Source: Candidatus Dadabacteria bacterium
Lineage (GTDB): Bacteria > Desulfobacterota_D > UBA1144 > Nemesobacterales > CSP1-2
Length of the DNA: 12,185 nucleotides
Direction of reading: 5' to 3'
Assembly (NCBI GenBank): GCA_040289575.1
Contig: PSLL01000013.1
Location: forward strand, 38,097-50,281
Each line of letters starts with the position of its first letter. Within the stretch, counting starts at the first letter, position 1. Shown piece after piece: positions 6,455 to 12,185 of this stretch. The notes under the pieces were generated by a model. The model saw only the letters and a list, made by a program, of their open reading frames with translations, was not told where the DNA came from and ran no database searches. The position numbers were made by a program, and so were the translations under genes.

Positions 6455-8557
6455 CTACTTCTCGGTCATCTTAATAACATTCCAATCATCTGTCAAGTGG
6501 GGACTCGATATTAGGATTTCGCACTCCCTCTTGTATATTTCTGAAGGCCAATCATATGGATAATTTTGGAGTATCTTACTGAATATCTCGATCGCCTCAT
6601 ACCACCTCCGATCCAAATAATAGCCCATTGCGCAGTTAAAGAGCATAACCATCTCTTTTTTATCAGGCCCTATCCTTTCCCTCTCAGATATAAGCTCAAA
6701 TATCCTTACGGGCACGGTTTTCCCCTTTACCTCTATAAATCCAAGCTCCCTTGCAAGAAAGAGATCACCCGTTTCTTTAAGCGTGTCTTCGCTTATTATA
6801 ATCCTCGTTTTAAAGAATTTATTTACGGATTCGAGCCTCGATGCAAGGTTCACTGTATCCCCTATAACCGTGTAATGAAAGAGCCTGTCGCTTCCAATAT
6901 TGCCCGCTATGGCATCACCTGAGTGTATACCAATTCTTATGCCTATCTCAGGAAAGCCCTCGGCTCTAAACCCCTTATTGATTTCATCTAGAGCATCCAG
7001 GCACCTGATGGCAGAGTAACACGCATTTATCTCGTCTCTATCCGTATCAATCGGGGCGCCCCAGAATGCCATTATGCAATCACCTATGTATTTGTCTATA
7101 ACTCCATTGCCCTGTATAATGACCTCTGTAAGGGAATTTAGAACCCTGTGGAGTATGTTTGCTATCTTATCGGCGGAATTTTTCTCCGAGAGGGATGTAA
7201 AACCGGCAATGTCCGCGAAAAATACTGCCACACGCATCACCTGTCCGCCGGGTTTTATAAGATTTGGATTCCTAAGGAGGTAATCCGCTACCTTTGTGTC
7301 CATATATTGGGAAAACGTTCTGCTGAGAAAAAGCCGCTCCCTCCCCTCTACTGCATAACTGTATGCAACCGCAATTATAAAACTCATAACAAGCGATGTA
7401 AGGGGAGGGATTATGCTTACATAAACGGCTTCCTTAAATAATAAGGCAAGCATCAGAGTTACCATAAATAACGATACGGAGAAAACGGACAGATTTATAA
7501 CCAATGAGTGGCTTCTTAAGACAGAGTAACTGATAAAGAGGCAGATAAACAACATAAAGGCAATAACAAAAATACTGTTTATGGGCCTTATAAAATCCCT
7601 ATTGGCAATATTGGCCAGCGCCGTTGCAAGTATGAAAACACCTGTAGATATGGAAGAAACGGATGTCGGTTTAAGATCATGTAAACCCGCGGCTGTAAGC
7701 CCAATAAAGATAACCTTTCCCTTAAATAAATCCTTTTGAATTGAGGGGCTCTTAGATGCACTATCACGATACGCGCTCAGTATATCAACAGCTGAAAATA
7801 CCTTAAATGGATTTTTTTTAGAGTATCTGATTAAAAATCTCCCATCGTTAATGGGTACTTGTGTGCCCTGAGCATAAATAGAGCCGTGTACGATTTTAAC
7901 CATGCCCTTCTGAGTAAGGTAGCTGAGTATAAAACTAGGGACAGCATATTGTTTTAGCCCAGATACAAGTGGTATCCTCCTGTATACCCCGTCTTCATCC
8001 GGTGAGATTGTAACATTCCCCGATCCTATAATAGAGCGCTTTAAAATATCAATTGGAGTGATGGCTGAATTGAATATCAGTGCTGGATGTATCTTATCCC
8101 TAATTGATATGCGTTTTATAAATTCCTCATCCTCGGCGGTAAGTGTCTTCTCCTGTTGTGTGAGAAAGACGGGCAGATAGACATTCGATGCCTTTTTAAC
8201 CGCCTCTGCAAAGATCATATCGTCTTCCTGACCATAAGAAGACGGCTCGGTAAAAAGTATATCCATAAATACGGCATCCGCCTCGGATAGGTACTCGACT
8301 ATTGGGGCATATATCTGCCTTGGCCATGGCCATGTAATATCCTCTTTGCTCAGTGCGTCAATACTTGGTTGATCAACCTGTACAATAACAATATCGTCTG
8401 ATGACCTTGCAGGGTTAAGGTATCTCGAGAATAAATCGTAGGCCTTGAGCTCAAATGCACCTAAGGCATTAGATAAAAATATCAGAAGGGAAATAACAAA
8501 AGACGAGATGGCAAGGGGTATAACCTTTTGTTGTATTTGACGACTGGTTATAGACAC
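6455..8557 (-). CDS. CHASE2-domain membrane adenylate cyclase (class III) with a C-terminal TPR-like helix pair
   Basis: CHASE2 motifs: IVIVQVDQPS, WPWPR, DILFTEPS, D.DGVYRR and FKGKVIFIG.TAAGLHD..PT. Three TM helices follow. Cyclase motifs: FADIAGFTSLSE, IDKYIGDCIMAFWG and YTVIGDTVNLASRLE, giving both metal-binding Asp, the adenine-selecting Lys/Thr and the catalytic Asn/Arg. The GTG start is uncertain. Confidence 0.93.
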   Translation of the reverse strand: MSITSRQIQQKVIPLAISSFVISLLIFLSNALGAFELKAYDLFSRYLNPARSSDDIVIVQVDQPSIDALSKEDITWPWPRQIYAPIVEYLSEADAVFMDILFTEPSSYGQEDDMIFAEAVKKASNVYLPVFLTQQEKTLTAEDEEFIKRISIRDKIHPALIFNSAITPIDILKRSIIGSGNVTISPDEDGVYRRIPLVSGLKQYAVPSFILSYLTQKGMVKIVHGSIYAQGTQVPINDGRFLIRYSKKNPFKVFSAVDILSAYRDSASKSPSIQKDLFKGKVIFIGLTAAGLHDLKPTSVSSISTGVFILATALANIANRDFIRPINSIFVIAFMLFICLFISYSVLRSHSLVINLSVFSVSLFMVTLMLALLFKEAVYVSIIPPLTSLVMSFIIAVAYSYAVEGRERLFLSRTFSQYMDTKVADYLLRNPNLIKPGGQVMRVAVFFADIAGFTSLSEKNSADKIANILHRVLNSLTEVIIQGNGVIDKYIGDCIMAFWGAPIDTDRDEINACYSAIRCLDALDEINKGFRAEGFPEIGIRIGIHSGDAIAGNIGSDRLFHYTVIGDTVNLASRLESVNKFFKTRIIISEDTLKETGDLFLARELGFIEVKGKTVPVRIFELISERERIGPDKKEMVMLFNCAMGYYLDRRWYEAIEIFSKILQNYPYDWPSEIYKRECEILISSPHLTDDWNVIKMTEK

Positions 8558-8581
8558 TTATAAAGATACACCAGATATCCA

Positions 8582-8625
8582 CAGAGGACATAGAAGAATT
8601 TATCTTTCCCTCTATGTGCCCTCTG
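8582..8625. repeat. Intergenic hairpin / REP-like palindrome
   Basis: CAGAGGACATAGA (8582-8594) pairs with TCTATGTGCCCTCTG (8611-8625): 13 bp with a 2-nt bulge and a 16-nt loop. It resembles the CACAGAGGACACAGAG...CTCTGTGTCCTCTGTG repeat type. There is no U-tract on the minus-strand side. Confidence 0.6.
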
Positions 8626-8654
8626 CCTATTTTCATCCGCCCCTTATCTTAGGG

Positions 8655-9278
8655 TTAGGGTTTTGTAACTTTCAAATCAGCAAATTCCCAAGTAATCTGG
8701 GATTTCTCCGCAGAGCTACCCTTTACACCTATAAGGCTGCCGCCATCCGGCGGCTGTCCGTTGAATGTTGTAACCTGAGTGCCATTAATATAAGCCGTAG
8801 CCTGATTCCCCCTTGTTACTATGCGCAGTTCATTTACCTGCCCAACGCCCTTCTTTATAGCGGCATTCTCAGACCAGTCCACGGGGGTTAGAGCACGGTC
8901 GTTTACATATCGCCTGACCGAGAATTGACCGTCACCGCTCACTAGCAATGCGTAGTAGTTGCTCTCATCCTTAGCCCAGAAAACAAGCCCCCCTCCCCAA
9001 GCCGGGTCATCGCTCTTTGCCATACTCACTTTGATACAGGCATCTATGTCATTATAGAGGTTTCCTTGATTTAAACGGACAAACCCGGCGTTTATATTGG
9101 GCTGAATTATAAGCTTGTCGTCCCTGACACTCAGGTTTTGACTCTGATTTCCCCAGGCCGGGTCTAGGGTCGCAAAATTATCCTGAAAAAGAACCTGACT
9201 TCCTTTGCACGCTAATGCGCTCTTAGCTGTGAAAAGAAGCATAATGCCAATAAAGAAAAAGACGATTCTACTTTTCAT
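8655..9278 (-). CDS. Secreted beta-sandwich protein, ConA-like / DUF1080-like fold (function unknown)
   Basis: Signal peptide ending ALA. The pattern LFQDNF..DPAW...GGGLVFW...YYALLVSGDG...NELRIVTRGNQATAYING...FADLKV is typical of ConA/DUF1080-like domains. RBS GAGGGGG upstream. Confidence 0.65.
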   Translation of the reverse strand: MKSRIVFFFIGIMLLFTAKSALACKGSQVLFQDNFATLDPAWGNQSQNLSVRDDKLIIQPNINAGFVRLNQGNLYNDIDACIKVSMAKSDDPAWGGGLVFWAKDESNYYALLVSGDGQFSVRRYVNDRALTPVDWSENAAIKKGVGQVNELRIVTRGNQATAYINGTQVTTFNGQPPDGGSLIGVKGSSAEKSQITWEFADLKVTKP

Positions 9279-9311
9279 ATTCTACCCCCTCTTGGACAAG
9301 AAATTAGTAGA

Positions 9312-9341
9312 ATGATATAACTATTAGTGGTTTTCTGTCAA
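9312..9341 (-). promoter_or_regulatory. sigma70-type promoter
   Basis: The minus strand has TTGACA (9341-9336), an 18-nt spacer and TATCAT (9317-9312), followed by the RBS GAGGGGG and the ATG at 9278. Confidence 0.8.
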
Positions 9342-9345
9342 GCGA

Positions 9346-11355
9346 CTAACCAGAACGAAGGATTAAAACGATCTTCCGCCTAAGAGGATCAACCCGCTCA
9401 ATCGTGAGATTAACTTTATCCCCTTCTTTTAGGGACATATCGGATGTCAGAGAAACAGGTATCTCAATCATATATTCCGGAAGATAAACGGATGCCCCTG
9501 TATCCCTAAAAGAACTCACTATACCCCTAACCTCCCTTCCCTCAAAACCCTTCAAGTATTTTAGAAGCCAGTATCTCTCCCTTGCCCTTTCAATCATCTT
9601 CTTTTCACGGATTCCAACCTCAACCTGGGGATACAATCTCTCAAGCTCCTCGTCTGTGTATGTAGCCCCCTGTCCCTCCAACTCCCCGATAATCTGCTTC
9701 TGCAGAACCATATCTAGATACCTTCTTATCGGTGAGGTTATCTGGACATAAACGTCAAGGCCAAGTGGGAGGTGAGGCTCAGGAGAGAGTCCGATCCTTG
9801 CAGGTTTAAGGAACCTTATGGCTTTTATTGGAAACAACGGATCATTTTCATCTAGAGCTCTAGCCTCTTCTGATATAGACTCAGACTGAGAACGAAAGAT
9901 CGCCGGTACTCCCCTTTCTTTAAAAAATCTCCCGGAGAGCCAATTCATAAGAATCATAAACTCGGAAACGATTGTGTGCGCGATGGTATTCATATAGACC
10001 TTTCTTACATTGATCTGGCCATCCTTACCGAGTCTGATCTTCAGATTGGGAAGCTGGGCGATAAAAGCCCCAGTCTCTATCCTCCTTCTTCTGCGCTCGA
10101 GAGCTATCTCAATTAGATTCTGCCCGAGAGGAATCTTACGAAAAAAGTCCTCGGCCTCATCGTATGTGAGGTTCTTCCTTACGCAAATCCTCGATTTAGA
10201 GAACCTGTAGCTCTTTATATTTGACTTTTCATCAAATAAAACCAGAAGAGAGAGGGCAAGCTTTGGCGTTCCGCTAAAGAGGCTTAGCTTATTCTTTATC
10301 AATTCAGGCGGAAACATATGGACGTGCCCTTCAGGGAGGTATATCGTCTCCCCGCGTCTTGACGCCTCTTCATCAAGAAGGCTCCACTTAGGAATGAAAC
10401 TCGCAACATTTGCAATATGAACCCCTAACACAACGCCCTCAGGGGATTCGTGGATTGAAATGGCATCATCTATATCTTCTGTGGTTTCGTCATCTACAGA
10501 ATATGCACCTAGGTGTGTAAGGTCTTCTACTCCATCCTCAGGTTCCGGCTCCTCAATAATCTTCCAGGCTTCTTCGAGAACCCTCTTAGGAAACCCCTCT
10601 TTGAGGCCAAGTCTCCTAAAGAGCGGATCTTCATCCTCTCTCCAGCTTCCGGATTTAATAAGGAATTCAATTGCGCCCTCTACATCCCTTATCCCAACCT
10701 CGGACATAAATGATTTCGCTTCGGATGCCCTCTCAAATTTATCGAGATGAATCACATAGCCCTTAATAAGCTCTACGTAATTCGTAAAATTAAATTCCTG
10801 CTCTACAGTCTCCCGATTTTCAATAATGTCCTTTGCCCATTTTATGGCGGCTCTGCGCTCAAGTGATTTTCTACTTTCCGCCTCTTTGCGTAGGCGTATC
10901 TCCTCAACCTCTTTTGGCGCTCTGGGAATATATCCCCTTTCTCCCCTCTTAAAATACAGATCGTCTTTTTCAATGGCCCAAAAAAGTAAAAGAACATACT
11001 CATCGCCTGAATTATTCTTCCCAAAATAAAGCTCAACGAGTTCTTCTAATGTCAATTCTCTACCGGCATCAAAAACACATTCCCAGAGGGTTTTTAAATC
11101 CACTGTGCTCCGTTTTTCCTCAAGCCCCCTTCTTATCTCTCTGAGTTTTAGTTTTTTTTCGGACTGGGTCAGTTCGCTGCTAAATTTGATCTCCGTAGAG
11201 AGAACTATTTTCCCAAAATCTACTTCGACATCCTTTCCCTCTTCAGAAAACACAGAAACCATTTCACCTATAGACTCCTTAATAATTCCAAAAGAGGGTT
11301 CGCTTCTTTTTCTAAAAACGACGACTTCGTTAATCTTAGGAATCTTTTTAATCAT
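9346..11355 (-). CDS. RNB-domain exoribonuclease (RNase II/R family)
   Basis: Catalytic SVDDETTEDIDDAIS, plus GVHIANV, RGETIYLP, SEFMILMN and ITSPIRRYLD, with a C-terminal S1-like domain. The N-terminal region is helical and non-canonical. Confidence 0.92.
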   Translation of the reverse strand: MIKKIPKINEVVVFRKRSEPSFGIIKESIGEMVSVFSEEGKDVEVDFGKIVLSTEIKFSSELTQSEKKLKLREIRRGLEEKRSTVDLKTLWECVFDAGRELTLEELVELYFGKNNSGDEYVLLLFWAIEKDDLYFKRGERGYIPRAPKEVEEIRLRKEAESRKSLERRAAIKWAKDIIENRETVEQEFNFTNYVELIKGYVIHLDKFERASEAKSFMSEVGIRDVEGAIEFLIKSGSWREDEDPLFRRLGLKEGFPKRVLEEAWKIIEEPEPEDGVEDLTHLGAYSVDDETTEDIDDAISIHESPEGVVLGVHIANVASFIPKWSLLDEEASRRGETIYLPEGHVHMFPPELIKNKLSLFSGTPKLALSLLVLFDEKSNIKSYRFSKSRICVRKNLTYDEAEDFFRKIPLGQNLIEIALERRRRRIETGAFIAQLPNLKIRLGKDGQINVRKVYMNTIAHTIVSEFMILMNWLSGRFFKERGVPAIFRSQSESISEEARALDENDPLFPIKAIRFLKPARIGLSPEPHLPLGLDVYVQITSPIRRYLDMVLQKQIIGELEGQGATYTDEELERLYPQVEVGIREKKMIERARERYWLLKYLKGFEGREVRGIVSSFRDTGASVYLPEYMIEIPVSLTSDMSLKEGDKVNLTIERVDPLRRKIVLILRSG

Positions 11356-11505
11356 GGATTCAAATATTCCAAAGTAGATTTATAAATATGACCCATAATA
11401 TAACTTGAAAAGCAGGCAATTGTAATGCGGATTTAATAGAAGATTAACGGAGTCAAACGAGGCTAGGTTTGTGTATCCAGATGCGGCATGATCTTAGTTG
11501 TGGCT

Positions 11506-11922
11506 TTACCTTCGGAATAGAGCAACGATATGCGGTCCAATGATTAGAATGCCTATCACCGCAGACCCAAGAGCGGCAATCAGGACAGCACCCGCTGCGA
11601 CATCCTTGGCCTTACCTGCTATGGGATGAAAGGTCGGCGACGCAAAATCGGCAAGGAACTCAAATGCCGTGTTAAGAGCCTCAGCTGCCCATACAACCAC
11701 AATCGCGAGCACAATCCAGCACCACTCCGACCTTGAGAGGCTGAAGAATGCACCGGCGGCACACACAATAAATGTGGCTAATGCGTGTATCCAAGCGTTA
11801 TGCTGCGATCGCACCATCACCGCAATACCCTTGATTGCGCACCTAAAGCTCCTCAGACGACCCTTTATGGTTAATGATGTTTCCAAAGATACTTGTTGAT
11901 CTATCTGAGGCTGTCTGGCCAT
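11506..11922 (-). CDS. dgkA: Prokaryotic diacylglycerol/undecaprenol kinase family protein (DgkA/UdpK)
   Basis: SFRCAIKGI, HNAWIH, AEALNTAFEFLAD and AKDVAAGAVL, with three TM segments. Substrate specificity (DAG versus undecaprenol) cannot be determined from the sequence. Confidence 0.85.
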   Translation of the reverse strand: MARQPQIDQQVSLETSLTIKGRLRSFRCAIKGIAVMVRSQHNAWIHALATFIVCAAGAFFSLSRSEWCWIVLAIVVVWAAEALNTAFEFLADFASPTFHPIAGKAKDVAAGAVLIAALGSAVIGILIIGPHIVALFRR

Positions 11923-11948
11923 GTTATATAGTTATCCAAAATCAGGCT

Positions 11949-12185
11949 TTATACAGAAATCTCCATAAGCGACGACTTGTATTCCATCGCTACCTTTATA
12001 AAATCCCTAAAAAGCGGATGGGGATTTAGTGGGGTGGACTTAAACTCCGGATGGAACTGACACCCTAAGAACCAAGGATGGTTTTCTATTTCAATTATCT
12101 CTATAAGCTCCCTGTCGGGCGAAAGACCACTTAGCACCAGGCCGTTTTTCTCAAATATCTCGCGGTATCGGTTATTAATCTCGTA
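11949..12185 (-). CDS. pyrG: CTP synthase, 3' end (5'-partial)
   Basis: The frame is open from the window edge: [52 protein letters not shown]. This is the glutaminase C-terminus with the catalytic H-P-E. Confidence 0.96.
   Translation of the reverse strand, partial: YEINNRYREIFEKNGLVLSGLSPDRELIEIIEIENHPWFLGCQFHPEFKSTPLNPHPLFRDFIKVAMEYKSSLMEISV

Noticed and set aside
7812..7819. A8 tract in the cyclase gene as a phase-variation site
   Set aside because: It is in frame (SKKN), and such runs are common in this Lys-rich, AT-leaning coding sequence.
11356..11505. Promoter or sRNA between dgkA and the RNB gene
   Set aside because: Only weak -35/-10 matches (e.g. TTACAA-17-TATATT) in an AT-rich stretch, with no stable structure seen.
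2460..11899. Numerous short + strand and alternative-frame ORFs (e.g. 2460-2705, 3645-3893, 6016-6354, 6566-6922, 8616-8891, 10460-10750, 11669-11899)
   Set aside because: They are shadows lying almost entirely within well-supported genes and have no recognisable motifs.

Overview
Bacterial chromosomal window, standard genetic code (TGA is used as a stop in two ATGA gene overlaps). The + strand left end carries the 3' part of a NirB/NasB-like flavoprotein-family gene with a C-terminal BFD-type [2Fe-2S] motif, coupled to mobA; this is probably the end of a nitrate/nitrite assimilation cluster. All other genes are on the - strand. In transcription order they are: pyrG (3' end), a DgkA/UdpK-family kinase, an RNB-domain ribonuclease, a secreted ConA/DUF1080-like protein with a clear sigma70 promoter, a CHASE2 class III adenylate cyclase, a secreted SH3b-like protein, an M48 metalloprotease lipoprotein, an MscS channel with a cNMP-binding domain, and a NifA-like GAF-AAA+-HTH sigma54 activator with its own sigma54 promoter. 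The main candidate for an undescribed system is the cyclase-SH3-M48-MscS(cNMP) cluster, which looks like a self-contained envelope-sensing, cAMP-gated channel module. The ORF track hides two reading-frame lesions. One is an in-frame TGA, in the loop of a perfect 7-bp hairpin, that cuts 44 codons off the MscS gene. The other is a 1-nt frameshift that removes the HTH of the NifA-like activator. Two REP-like palindromes lie in intergenic regions. No CRISPR array, rRNA, tRNA or transposase was seen.
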